The notes: generated from the letters alone by a model not told the origin. 64,000 nt of DNA from an uncultured OCS116 cluster bacterium (GCA_902538185.1 CACBED010000001.1:184285-248284), one strand, 5' to 3'; positions 46,746 to 57,504 are shown, counted from the first letter of the stretch. A program made the numbers and translations.

Positions 46746-48547
46746 TGAAAAATCCAAAGACAGCCGTAATTGTTGTATCGAAATTCAACCTGGATCTGGC
46801 AGTGCTTGTTCTAAAAAAAATTGAAAATTGCCAAATTCATGGTTTGAACATCATTGATACAAAGGTAGATGTCTCATTTAAAAACCTGGCGAAGCACATT
46901 CAGTTACTTCAAAAAGAAAAAACTAATATAATAGCAATTTGTTCAATACCAATTATTATAAGATCGCTGGAGGCAAAGCTACCAAAAAAACATAGCGGTT
47001 CTTGCATAGTAGCATTATCACCAGACGGTAAATATGCAATACCATTATTAGATACTCATTCTGGGGCGAATGAATTAGCAACTAAACTTGCAACAATTTT
47101 AAATTCTAAGCCAGTCATTACGACACAAAGTGATACTTTTTTAGGAGTTTCTCCTGATAACCCACCGCCAGGATTTTTACTCGATCCAGATTGTAATTAC
47201 AAGGAATTCATTTCGGAGCTACTAGATAAGCGGTCATTAAAAAATGTGCCTGCATATAGCTGGCTTCAAAGCAAAAATATTAGAGTTTCCGGTACGTCGA
47301 AACTCGAAATCAAATTTTCGATTAATTCATCGATAAAGCCAAATAAAGAATTACTTGTTTATCGACCTCAAAAACTTATCATTGGAATTGGAACTGTTTC
47401 AGGCGCATCCTACAAAAAATTGAAAAAACTTGTTTTAGAGACACTTGAAAAGAAAGACTTATCAATTCACTCCGTTAGAGCGATTGCAACTATAGATTTA
47501 AAAAGAAATGAGCGCGCGATCAATAAACTGGGTCAATATTTAAATAAACCAATTATTCACTATAAAGCAAGTGAGCTAAACAAGATAAGTGCTCAGTTAG
47601 CAAATTCTTCCGAGTATGTTTTTAGGACCGTAGGATCTCACAGTGTTGCTGAGGCTGCCGCATTGGTAGCAGCCGGCAAGTCATCCAAGCTGATAGTTGA
47701 AAAAAATAAATCAACTGAGGCTACGTGTGCAGTTGCATGTAGTCGCCTGGTTATCAAAAACCTTCCAAGTACACAAAATGGGACGCTGTCTATTATTGGT
47801 CTTGGGCCAGGAAGCGATGCTTGGAGGACAATCGAGGTTAATAATATTCTTGATGAGTCAACCCATTATGTTGGTTTTTCAGGTTACCTTGATCAAATCA
47901 AGAAAATAAGAAATAAAAAGTATTATCGTTATCCAATTGGACAAGAAGAGGAGCGGGCGTTAAAGGCTATTTCTCTTGCAAGGCAGGGAAATAACGTGGC
48001 TTTAGTGTGTTCAGGTGACCCCGGCATATTTGCTATGGGATCTATTGTATATGAGATTTTGGAGAATGAAGAAGATGAAAGCGATATTGATATCAAAATG
48101 ACGCCAGGTATATCAGCATTTCAAGCTGCATCAGCAAAGGTTGGAGCGCCATTTGGAAATGATTTTTGCATAATATCATTATCAAATTTATTAACTCCAG
48201 AAAACGTCATATTAGACAGGCTCCATGCAGCTCTTAAAGGAGATTTTGTTTTGGGCATATATAACCCAACATCCAGCAAGAGAAAGTATTTCTTTAAAAT
48301 TGTACTAGATCATATTCAATCTGTCAGATCATCTGATACACCTGTCGTAATTGCAAAAAATGTTGGAAGAAAAAAAGAATTTATTCAATGTTTAAAACTC
48401 CATGAAATTAAATCCGATAATATTGATATGTTCACGTTATTAATCATTGGTTCATCTCAAACAAAGAGCTTCACGAAACACAAAGATTCAACCAACGTAT
48501 ACACACCAAGGGGTTATAAATTAGAAAAAAATAGGGGTATTGCATGA
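46745..48547 (+). CDS. CbiG (cobalt-precorrin-5A hydrolase) fused to CbiH/CobJ (C17-methyltransferase)
   Basis: The N-terminal ~340 aa have CbiG features (IATIDLKRNE...VGSHSVAEAAALVAAG). The C-terminal ~250 aa form a tetrapyrrole methylase (LSIIGLGPGS..., VCSGDPGIFAMGS). Its ATGA start overlaps the cbiL stop. Confidence 0.8.
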   Translation: MKNPKTAVIVVSKFNLDLAVLVLKKIENCQIHGLNIIDTKVDVSFKNLAKHIQLLQKEKTNIIAICSIPIIIRSLEAKLPKKHSGSCIVALSPDGKYAIPLLDTHSGANELATKLATILNSKPVITTQSDTFLGVSPDNPPPGFLLDPDCNYKEFISELLDKRSLKNVPAYSWLQSKNIRVSGTSKLEIKFSINSSIKPNKELLVYRPQKLIIGIGTVSGASYKKLKKLVLETLEKKDLSIHSVRAIATIDLKRNERAINKLGQYLNKPIIHYKASELNKISAQLANSSEYVFRTVGSHSVAEAAALVAAGKSSKLIVEKNKSTEATCAVACSRLVIKNLPSTQNGTLSIIGLGPGSDAWRTIEVNNILDESTHYVGFSGYLDQIKKIRNKKYYRYPIGQEEERALKAISLARQGNNVALVCSGDPGIFAMGSIVYEILENEEDESDIDIKMTPGISAFQAASAKVGAPFGNDFCIISLSNLLTPENVILDRLHAALKGDFVLGIYNPTSSKRKYFFKIVLDHIQSVRSSDTPVVIAKNVGRKKEFIQCLKLHEIKSDNIDMFTLLIIGSSQTKSFTKHKDSTNVYTPRGYKLEKNRGIA

Positions 48548-49299
48548 GGATTTTTTTTATTGGTGCAGGTCCAGGGGACCCTGATCTGCTTACGCTAAAA
48601 GCGCATAAAATACTCAGTAAAACCAAAATGTGTTTATATGCAGGTTCTCTTGTACCGAAGGAAATATTGTCAATTGTACCAAAAGAAGCGAATTTAATTG
48701 ATACATCAGATCTAACCATGAAACAGATCGAACAATTATATATCAGAGCAAAAGAATTAAATGTGGATGTTGCGCGGGTTCATTCAGGTGATGTGAGCGT
48801 TTATGGGGCTTTGTCAGAGCAAATAACCCTTCTTCAGAAACACAATATAGATTTCCGAATAGTCCCTGGTATCCCCGCTTATGTAGAGGCAGCAGCGCAG
48901 TTGAAAACTGAACTGACTGCACCAGGTCAAGTTCAAAGTGTAGTACTAACAAGAACCTCATTTGGTTCAACACCGATGCCAGAGGGTGAAGATCTGAAAA
49001 CCTTTGCTAAAACAGGTGCGACTTTAGTTATTCATCTATCGATCAGGAGGTTAAATTATATTTATCGTGAACTAACTCCAATTCTAGGAGATGATGCGCT
49101 TGTTGCAGTACTTTACAGGATAGGTTGGCCAGATCAGCAAATTATATTAGATCGATTGGATAATATTGCTTCGAGGGTTCGAGAAAAAAAAATAACAAGA
49201 ACCGCACTCATAATTACTGGAAAGAATTTTAAAAAAAAATCAGATATAAATAGCGTACTTTATGACGAAAATTTTAATCACTTATTTAGACCAAAATGA
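48544..49299 (+). CDS. cbiF: precorrin-4 / cobalt-precorrin-4 C11-methyltransferase
   Basis: It has IFFIGAGPGDPDLLTLKA, RVHSGDVSVYGA and VPGIPAY. It has an ATGA start overlap. Confidence 0.9.
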   Translation: MRIFFIGAGPGDPDLLTLKAHKILSKTKMCLYAGSLVPKEILSIVPKEANLIDTSDLTMKQIEQLYIRAKELNVDVARVHSGDVSVYGALSEQITLLQKHNIDFRIVPGIPAYVEAAAQLKTELTAPGQVQSVVLTRTSFGSTPMPEGEDLKTFAKTGATLVIHLSIRRLNYIYRELTPILGDDALVAVLYRIGWPDQQIILDRLDNIASRVREKKITRTALIITGKNFKKKSDINSVLYDENFNHLFRPK

Positions 49300-50021
49300 A
49301 CAAGTAAGTTAGTCTTAATAGTTTCTATTGAAGAACTCTTTCTTGCTACATCATTTTCCCTACCTATCATTATTATAGGTATATTTAGTACTCGACAGGC
49401 GTAGATTTTTGCATATGTTTCTGCACTGCCACTATTTCGTGTCACAAGATGGGTTATTTTATTATTCCGCATGTTAATTAGCTCACTTGCTACACGAAAT
49501 GGACCTCGACCTACTATATACTTCTTTCCTTTACTAATAAATTTTTGATATTTATCTATGGTTCTGACCATCATCCATTTGTGAGATTTTTCAAATATTT
49601 CTAAATTTTTTTTGCCAATTGTTAAGAAAATACGTGAATTTCTTGGAAGACTGTTAGTCATAAAACTAGCTTCAATAAAACTCGAAGCCTCAAACCAAGA
49701 GTCTGATGGGGTTTTTTTCCAAGCCGGTCTATGCAATTGGTAAAGTTTTATATTTAAATCTTTCGTAGCAGCTAAAACATTGTTCGATATTTGTTTAGAG
49801 TATGGATGGGATGCATCAACAACCGCATCTATAGATTCATTTGATAGGTAATCCTTCAATCCTTCTACGCCACCGAAACCACCAATCCTACTCAAGTAAT
49901 TGCCTAATCTTGGCTTTTCTGTATTACCCTGAAGTGAGAGTATTGTAATAAAAGAATCTGATAGAGCGTCTGCCAACTTATTACTCTCGGATGTCCCCCC
50001 AATTATAAGGATCTTATGCAT
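49278..50021 (-). CDS. cbiJ: precorrin-6A / cobalt-precorrin-6A reductase
   Basis: KILIIGGTSES, DASHPY and VTRNSG are typical of CobK/CbiJ. Its 3' end overlaps the cbiF 3' end by 22 nt (convergent). Confidence 0.8.
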   Translation of the reverse strand: MHKILIIGGTSESNKLADALSDSFITILSLQGNTEKPRLGNYLSRIGGFGGVEGLKDYLSNESIDAVVDASHPYSKQISNNVLAATKDLNIKLYQLHRPAWKKTPSDSWFEASSFIEASFMTNSLPRNSRIFLTIGKKNLEIFEKSHKWMMVRTIDKYQKFISKGKKYIVGRGPFRVASELINMRNNKITHLVTRNSGSAETYAKIYACRVLNIPIIMIGRENDVARKSSSIETIKTNLLVHFGLNK

Positions 50022-51099
50022 CTCTGCTCTCGATTTTCGCTAAAATATCCCCTGTTCGATCAACAATCATAATATCAATTGAGACACCATCTTTTTTGAG
50101 GTACTTAACTACCACATCCTGTGCAGCGATCGCAACATTTTTCGCCAGCTCAAATTTTTTTGGACCAAGTATGGACAAACATTGGTTAGCGGTACTAATT
50201 TCTTTTAGTTCAACATGATCAGAACTATTTGGGCTTAATTTTTTGATCTCTGATCTGAGTTTTTCTAAATTTACCTGACTCCTACTAGAGTGCAAGTCCA
50301 TTTCGCCTTGTGATAATTTTAATAATTTTGCAAAGCCTCCTGCAATTGTAACTCTTGGCACAGTATTCTTTTTTAGATACTTTAACATACCGCCCACAAA
50401 ATCACCCATATCAATCATAGATTGGGGGGGTAAGTTATATTCTTTTTTTGCTGCTTTCTCAGAGACTGAGCCCGTACACGCTGCAATATGCACTGTATTT
50501 GTTTTGATTGCCACATCAATGCCGCGATGTATTGAATGAATCCAAGCAGAGCAGGAAAATGGAATAACAATACCGGTTGTACCTAATATTGAAATACCAT
50601 TAATAATTCCAAGTCTTTCATTCCATGTTTGTTTTGAAATCTCTCTACCCTCTGGCACCTCAATAATAATATCTACATTCAGATTATTCTTGGCAATGGA
50701 TAATTTCTTCAAATTATCCTCAATCATCTTCCTAGGTCCAGGATTTATTGCTGGCTCACCAACGTCTAGGGGTAATCCTGGGAGTGTTACGGTACCGACA
50801 CCATTACCGGCCTTAAAATAAATACCGTTCTGATCATTCCTTTTAACTATTTTCGAGATAATGAGTAAGCCGTCGGTAACATCGGGATCGTCCCCAGCAT
50901 CCTTTATCACTCCAGCACTCACTGATTGCTGAGTTACATCTTGATATGCTATATTAAATTTAGGGGATTGGCCATTGGGTAATTTAATAGTAACTATATC
51001 GGGACATTTACCTGTCACAAGTCCTATGAATGCCGCTTTTGAAGCAGCTGTTGCGCACGCGCCGGTTGTCCATCCTCTACGTAGATTTTTTTGTAACAT
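50014..51099 (-). CDS. cbiD: cobalt-precorrin-5B (C1)-methyltransferase
   Basis: LRRGWTTGACATAASKAA, GDDPDVT and LGTTGIVIPFS are CbiD hallmarks. Confidence 0.85.
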   Translation of the reverse strand: MLQKNLRRGWTTGACATAASKAAFIGLVTGKCPDIVTIKLPNGQSPKFNIAYQDVTQQSVSAGVIKDAGDDPDVTDGLLIISKIVKRNDQNGIYFKAGNGVGTVTLPGLPLDVGEPAINPGPRKMIEDNLKKLSIAKNNLNVDIIIEVPEGREISKQTWNERLGIINGISILGTTGIVIPFSCSAWIHSIHRGIDVAIKTNTVHIAACTGSVSEKAAKKEYNLPPQSMIDMGDFVGGMLKYLKKNTVPRVTIAGGFAKLLKLSQGEMDLHSSRSQVNLEKLRSEIKKLSPNSSDHVELKEISTANQCLSILGPKKFELAKNVAIAAQDVVVKYLKKDGVSIDIMIVDRTGDILAKIESRDA

Positions 51100-51128
51100 A
51101 AAGATAATAATAATTTCAATTTTTTTAA

Positions 51129-51923
51129 ATGCAAATATTCGATAAATTAAAATTACCAGAATTCAATAGTGGAGAGGTCTGGCTCGTCGGCGCGGGTCCT
51201 GGAGATGTAAAATTATTAACAATATTTGCGGTGTATGCACTATCAAAAGCAGATGTCATTATACACGACGCACTAGTTTCTAAAGAAATTTTAAAATTTG
51301 CAAAAGAGGATGCGACTCTAATTTATGCAGGAAAGAGAGGGGGTAAACCATCCCATAATCAAACTGATATTTCGAAACTTATAATTCAACATGCTAAAGA
51401 TGGTCAAAGGGTGCTAAGGTTAAAGGGAGGAGACCCATTTGTTTTTGCGAGAGGTGCTGAAGAATCTTTTACGTTGAATGAAAATAATATTTCATACCGT
51501 GTCATTCCCGGTATTACATCATCCATCGGAGGAATGGCCTCAGCTTCAATTCCAGCGACATCAAGAAATACAAACTCTTCTATCTTATTTTTAACAGGTC
51601 ATAATACAAATGGTGAGATGCCAGATGATATTAATTGGCAGGCTGTTGCCAAGATTCCTGTTGTTGTCATGTATATGGCAATAAAACACTTACCTATAAT
51701 TGCCAAAAGACTCATAAAGGAAGGCAGGTCATCTCAAGATTGTGTCGCGGTAATACAAGATGCAACACTACCATCTGAAAGAATACTTGAGTCAAGCTTG
51801 ATTAATATAAATAGTGATATTGAAAAAAATCAAATTAAGGCGCCTGCGATTGTTGTTCTTGGTCCCGTCGTTGGATTAAGATCAAAATTAATTCAAAATG
51901 TTATAAAAGATGCCATCAACTAA
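51129..51923 (+). CDS. cobA: uroporphyrinogen-III C-methyltransferase (SUMT)
   Basis: It has VWLVGAGPGDVKLLT, RLKGGDPFVFARG and IPGITS. Only 29 nt separate it from the divergent cbiD. Confidence 0.85.
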   Translation: MQIFDKLKLPEFNSGEVWLVGAGPGDVKLLTIFAVYALSKADVIIHDALVSKEILKFAKEDATLIYAGKRGGKPSHNQTDISKLIIQHAKDGQRVLRLKGGDPFVFARGAEESFTLNENNISYRVIPGITSSIGGMASASIPATSRNTNSSILFLTGHNTNGEMPDDINWQAVAKIPVVVMYMAIKHLPIIAKRLIKEGRSSQDCVAVIQDATLPSERILESSLININSDIEKNQIKAPAIVVLGPVVGLRSKLIQNVIKDAIN

Positions 51924-53238
51924 ACTATGCATTTCTTCTTCGATGACCGGTAGTGGGAAGACGGTTTTCACGTCATCATTGATTAAATCGCTTATCAATA
52001 ACGGCTATAGTGTATCTGCGGGCAAAATTGGACCCGATTACATTGATCCAACATACACAAGATATATAACAAATAGAGCTGTATTTAATTATGATACTTG
52101 GGCAATGACCGAAGAAAAAATTAGGTATCTTATTCATGAGTCAACTCAAAAGAATGATATTCATATTATTGAAGGCGTAATGGGTCTCTTCGATGGTACA
52201 AAAAATCAGTCATCTTCAACTGCAGAGTTTGTAAAAAAATTTAAAATTCCTGTTCTGCTTATCCTTGATTCAAGCGGTCAATCTCAAACCTTAGCAGCAA
52301 TATGTAAGGGCATAATGAATTACGATACTGAAATTAATTTTATCGGTGTTATTTTAAATAATATCTCAAGTGAAAGACATTATAATTTGATAAATGAAGA
52401 GCTAGAGAAAAGTAAAATAAAGGTTTTAGGATATCTACCGAAATCAGATGATTTAATTTTTCCCAGGCGTCATTTAGGGCTTTTCTTAGCTGAGCATGTT
52501 GAAAATTACCAATATTTAATTAATTGTGCAGCTAATCTAATAGAAAAATATATAGACATTGAAGAGATCATCAAATTATCAAATGTTGTAGATGACGATC
52601 AAGAATCCAAAATTAGAGAGTCAGGTAAGGCTTCGATTGATCTCGGTCAGAGAGTTTCCATTGCAAAAGACCCGTCTTTTTCTTTTATCTATGACAATAC
52701 ATTAAGACAATGGAGAAAGGAAGGGCGTGAAGTAGATTTTTTTTCTCCACTGCATGATGAAGGTCCATCGGTCAATTGTACTGGTATATATCTCCCAGGA
52801 GGCTACCCTGAGTTAAATTGCGAAAAATTGGCAAATTGCAATAACTTTATGAATTCTATGAAAAGTGCAGCTAAACAAAGAAAATTTATTTATGGAGAGT
52901 GTGGCGGCTACATGGTTTTGGGAAAGTCAATTATTGATAAGGATAACAAAGAGCATGCCATGTTGGGGCTTTTGAGTTTAGTCACAAGCTTTAATAAGAG
53001 AAAATTAAGTCTTGGATACAGAGAGGTTAAGGCAAAGGAGTCAAACTGTTTTGCGAAAGAGAATGCTTACATGTGCCATGAATACCATTATTCATCAATC
53101 ATGAAAGAGTCCGGACAACATCTATTCGAGAGTCTGGACAAAAATGGTGCTCAAAGAAAATATGGCTTAATAAATGAAAATGTATTTGGTTCATACTTGC
53201 ATATAATTGATAATAAATTGATGAAAACTGGAGATTAA
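51910..53238 (+). CDS. cbiA: cobyrinate a,c-diamide synthase
   Basis: It has the N-terminal P-loop-like SSMTGSGKT, GPDYIDP, and the glutaminase-domain GECGGYMVLG. It overlaps the cobA stop by 14 nt. Confidence 0.85.
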   Translation: MPSTKLCISSSMTGSGKTVFTSSLIKSLINNGYSVSAGKIGPDYIDPTYTRYITNRAVFNYDTWAMTEEKIRYLIHESTQKNDIHIIEGVMGLFDGTKNQSSSTAEFVKKFKIPVLLILDSSGQSQTLAAICKGIMNYDTEINFIGVILNNISSERHYNLINEELEKSKIKVLGYLPKSDDLIFPRRHLGLFLAEHVENYQYLINCAANLIEKYIDIEEIIKLSNVVDDDQESKIRESGKASIDLGQRVSIAKDPSFSFIYDNTLRQWRKEGREVDFFSPLHDEGPSVNCTGIYLPGGYPELNCEKLANCNNFMNSMKSAAKQRKFIYGECGGYMVLGKSIIDKDNKEHAMLGLLSLVTSFNKRKLSLGYREVKAKESNCFAKENAYMCHEYHYSSIMKESGQHLFESLDKNGAQRKYGLINENVFGSYLHIIDNKLMKTGD

Positions 53239-53239
53239 A

Positions 53240-53776
53240 ATGATTTATGAATATCAAAATAAACTGCCTCAGATTGACAATAAAAGCTGGGTTGCGCCAA
53301 ACGCTGTGATAATTGGTAGCGTCATCTTAGAGGAGGAGACGAGTATCTGGTGGAATGCTGTATTGAGGGGTGATAATGAAAAAATACATGTAGGTAAAGG
53401 CTCAAATATACAAGATGGATCTGTAGCTCATACAGACCCTGGCTTTGGTTTACATATTGGGCAAAATGTTACTGTGGGTCACATGGCCATGATACATGGA
53501 TGTACAATTGGTGACGGTTCACTGGTCGGAATTGGATCAATTATTCTCAATGGGGCAAAAATTGGGAAAGGTTGCTTGATAGGGGCTAATTCTTTTATTG
53601 CGGAAAATAAAGAGATTCCAGATAACTCAATTGTGCTTGGCGCACCCGGAAAAATTATTGGTGAAGTTCAGGAAAAACATAGAGCTATGATGGAAAGAGC
53701 ACAAAAGAGTTATGTGCGAAGATCCGTTGCGTACAAAACTGATTTACATGATATAACCGATAATTTCAAATATTAG
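53240..53776 (+). CDS. gamma-class carbonic-anhydrase-like / hexapeptide-repeat (LbH) protein
   Basis: It has the left-handed beta-helix repeats and IWWNAVLRGD...GSNIQDGSVAH...VTVGHMAMIHG pattern of YrdA/PaaY-like proteins. It starts 1 nt after the cbiA stop. Confidence 0.8.
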   Translation: MIYEYQNKLPQIDNKSWVAPNAVIIGSVILEEETSIWWNAVLRGDNEKIHVGKGSNIQDGSVAHTDPGFGLHIGQNVTVGHMAMIHGCTIGDGSLVGIGSIILNGAKIGKGCLIGANSFIAENKEIPDNSIVLGAPGKIIGEVQEKHRAMMERAQKSYVRRSVAYKTDLHDITDNFKY

Positions 53777-53852
53777 GAATTGAATTGAATTATTTAAAAA
53801 TTGTTGTAATATTAACCTATAAAGTTGATGTAGTTAAATAAGGAAGGTTACC

Positions 53853-54071
53853 ATGAATAAATTAGTAATTGGAGTTATTGTAGTTATTGCCGTGGCTGTG
53901 CTTGGATATTTTGTTATGCAACAAGCTGGAACAGACAGGTCTGCTGACTCAGGTACAGGTGGTGAGCTCATGAGAACAAATCAAACAGAAGGCCCAGTTG
54001 AAATTGGAAGTAAAACTGTTGAGATTGAATTACTTGACGAGTTCGCAACATACGGTCAATCGTTCAATTAA
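53853..54071 (+). CDS. 72-aa protein with N-terminal membrane anchor/signal, unknown function
   Basis: It has a strong AAGGAAGG Shine-Dalgarno sequence about 6 nt upstream and a hydrophobic N-terminus LVIGVIVVIAVAVLGYFV. A clear intrinsic terminator follows. Confidence 0.5.
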   Translation: MNKLVIGVIVVIAVAVLGYFVMQQAGTDRSADSGTGGELMRTNQTEGPVEIGSKTVEIELLDEFATYGQSFN

Positions 54072-54095
54072 TCGTTTATATACATATACAAAAAC

Positions 54096-54124
54096 AAAGG
54101 GGCTATTTAATAGCCCTTTTTTAT
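54096..54124 (+). terminator. rho-independent terminator
   Basis: There is a 7-bp perfect stem, GGGCTAT (54100-54106) / ATAGCCC (54110-54116), with a TTA loop, followed by a T6 run. Flanking A/T residues can extend the stem. Confidence 0.75.
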
Positions 54125-54204
54125 TGCCTCCACATGATGATTATCATATAAAATTAATACATATAAGCTTATCTTCATTCTAGAGTAAAACTGTATATTG
54201 AATT

Positions 54205-55314
54205 ATGAATTTAACCATTAGTGATAGATTTGATCGACTGGTAAAAGACAAAGAAATTCAATTTGATCAAAAACAATATGAATTAATAAATGTACTTGCA
54301 GAGAAGAGCGAAGAATTTATAGCTTATACTAAGCAGTCTCTTCTAAAAAGAATCATCAATAAGAAAGTGAACAGACCTCTCGGTATGTACATATACGGTC
54401 AAGTGGGACGCGGTAAATCCATGATAATGGATCTATTTTTCAATAATATTGATATCTCGCAAAAGAGGCGGGTTCATTTCAATGAATTCATGAATGAAGT
54501 TCATGAGCAAATCTTTATTTGGAGAAAAAAAAACGAGGTATCAAAAAATGGTGATAGTGATCCTGTTTTGATGGTTGCTAAATTAATAGAAAAAGATTGT
54601 AAACTCCTCTGCTTTGATGAATTTCAAGTAGAAGATATTGCTGATGCAATGATATTGGGTAGGCTGTTCAAGATATTATTTGAAATGGGTATATTAATTA
54701 TTGCAACATCAAATATTCATCCAAGGAATTTATACTCAGAGGGATTGAATAGGGATAATTTTATTCCCTTCATCGATAAATTAGAAGAGAATATGGAAAT
54801 TTATAATCTTCAAGCTGAGAAAGATTACAGGATAGATAGAATTAAAAATAAAAGAGTATATTTTTCCCCAATCAATGGACAAAATAAAAAAATTTTTTAT
54901 GAGGCTTGGCAAAACCTAATTGGTAGTATAGAAGTTACAAGTAGGTCTATACCCCTAAAGGGAAGGGAGATAGAAGTCTCAGTCTCTGCTGGAAAGTTCG
55001 CAAACTTCTCATTTCAAGAATTATGCGTGAAACCTCTTGGGGTTGCTGATTACCTCGCAATATCTAATAACTATAATATTATCTTTATTTCAGATGTGCC
55101 GAAATTGGACTCGAAAAAAAGAAACGAAACAAAAAGGTTTATAAATTTGATAGATACATTTTATGAAAATAAAAAGATATTGTTTATATTAGCAGAGACC
55201 CATCCAAAAGATATTTTGATTGGTGGAAAAGATGCTAATATCTTTCAGAGAACTATATCACGTTTGGAAGAAATGCAATCGTCAGACTATTTGGATAGTA
55301 TAATTTCAGAATAA
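54205..55314 (+). CDS. zapE: AFG1-like ATPase (cell-division protein ZapE family)
   Basis: It has the Walker A YGQVGRGKSMIMD and Walker B LLCFDEFQVEDI, typical of the AFG1/ZapE family. Confidence 0.8.
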   Translation: MNLTISDRFDRLVKDKEIQFDQKQYELINVLAEKSEEFIAYTKQSLLKRIINKKVNRPLGMYIYGQVGRGKSMIMDLFFNNIDISQKRRVHFNEFMNEVHEQIFIWRKKNEVSKNGDSDPVLMVAKLIEKDCKLLCFDEFQVEDIADAMILGRLFKILFEMGILIIATSNIHPRNLYSEGLNRDNFIPFIDKLEENMEIYNLQAEKDYRIDRIKNKRVYFSPINGQNKKIFYEAWQNLIGSIEVTSRSIPLKGREIEVSVSAGKFANFSFQELCVKPLGVADYLAISNNYNIIFISDVPKLDSKKRNETKRFINLIDTFYENKKILFILAETHPKDILIGGKDANIFQRTISRLEEMQSSDYLDSIISE

Positions 55315-56301
<987 letters not shown>

Positions 56302-56328
56302 TTTTCATATTGAAATAAGTAATTTTTA

Positions 56329-57498
56329 ATGAATATACATGAACATCAAGCAAAACAGCTTTTAAGAGAGTATAAAGTACCTGTATTAAATGGGTTTATA
56401 GCTTTTAATTCTAAAGAATTAGATGAACATATTGATATCCTTCAGGGCCCAAAGTGGGTTGTGAAAGCTCAGATTCATGCTGGTGGTAGGGGCAAAGGCG
56501 GTGGCGTTAAGGTTGTAGATAATTTCGATGAGGTAAAATTAGCTTTTAATAAAATGTTAGGGATGAAACTTGTAACAAACCAAACTGGACCCGACGGTAA
56601 AGTAGTAAAAAGGGTGTACATAGAAGATGGATGCAACATTGATAAAGAATTTTATTTATCGTATCTAATTGATAGGAAGACCAAAGCAATATGTCTGATA
56701 GCTTCATCAGAGGGAGGAATGGACATTGAAGAGGTTGCTGATAAAAATCCAGAAAAGATAGCCAAAATATATTTGGACGCATCCAGAAAAGAACTCAATG
56801 GTGAAAATATTGATGAAGTTTTGAGGATTTTAAACCTTGATACTGAACACAAAGGAAAATTAACGGCTGTTTTAAATAATTTACTTTTATTATTTATAGA
56901 GAAAGATGCGAGTCTTATTGAAATTAATCCCTTTGTCTTATCCACTGAAGGTCATTTGATCTGCCTAGATGCAAAAATGAATTTTGACTCAAATGCTCTT
57001 TTTCGACATCAAGATATTTTGAGCTTGAGAGATCCTGAGGAGGAAGATCCCCTAGAAATTGAGGCTTCAAATCACGGATTAAGTTACGTAAAGCTTGATG
57101 GCACAATTGGCTGCATGGTAAATGGTGCAGGTTTGGCAATGGCAACAATGGATATTATAAAGTTATATGGAGAGGAGCCAGCAAATTTTTTAGATGTGGG
57201 CGGCGGCGCTACCAAAGAGCAAGTAATGAATGCATTTAAAATTATCCTAAGTGATAAGAATGTAAAGGGAATACTTGTTAATATATTCGGCGGAATAATG
57301 CGCTGCGAAATAATTGCACAAGGAATAATAGAGACTGCAAGCGAGCTAAATTTATCTATACCGTTGGTTGTGAGATTGGAGGGTACCAATGTGGATTTAG
57401 GTAAAAAATATCTGGAAGAGTCTGGTTTAAATATTATACCCGCAAATGATTTAGACGAGGCTGCCAAAAAGATAGTAGATGCAGTATCAAAGGTATGA
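56329..57498 (+). CDS. sucC: succinyl-CoA synthetase beta subunit
   Basis: It has MNIHEHQAKQLL, KAQIHAGGRGKGGGVK and NIFGGIMRC. Confidence 0.95.
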   Translation: MNIHEHQAKQLLREYKVPVLNGFIAFNSKELDEHIDILQGPKWVVKAQIHAGGRGKGGGVKVVDNFDEVKLAFNKMLGMKLVTNQTGPDGKVVKRVYIEDGCNIDKEFYLSYLIDRKTKAICLIASSEGGMDIEEVADKNPEKIAKIYLDASRKELNGENIDEVLRILNLDTEHKGKLTAVLNNLLLLFIEKDASLIEINPFVLSTEGHLICLDAKMNFDSNALFRHQDILSLRDPEEEDPLEIEASNHGLSYVKLDGTIGCMVNGAGLAMATMDIIKLYGEEPANFLDVGGGATKEQVMNAFKIILSDKNVKGILVNIFGGIMRCEIIAQGIIETASELNLSIPLVVRLEGTNVDLGKKYLEESGLNIIPANDLDEAAKKIVDAVSKV

Positions 57499-57504
57499 TG
57501 AATA

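Noticed and set aside
53998-54183. 61-aa ORF spanning the terminator after the 72-aa gene
   Set aside because: It overlaps the end of the better-supported small gene in another frame and runs through the hairpin and T-tract. It has no ribosome-binding site.
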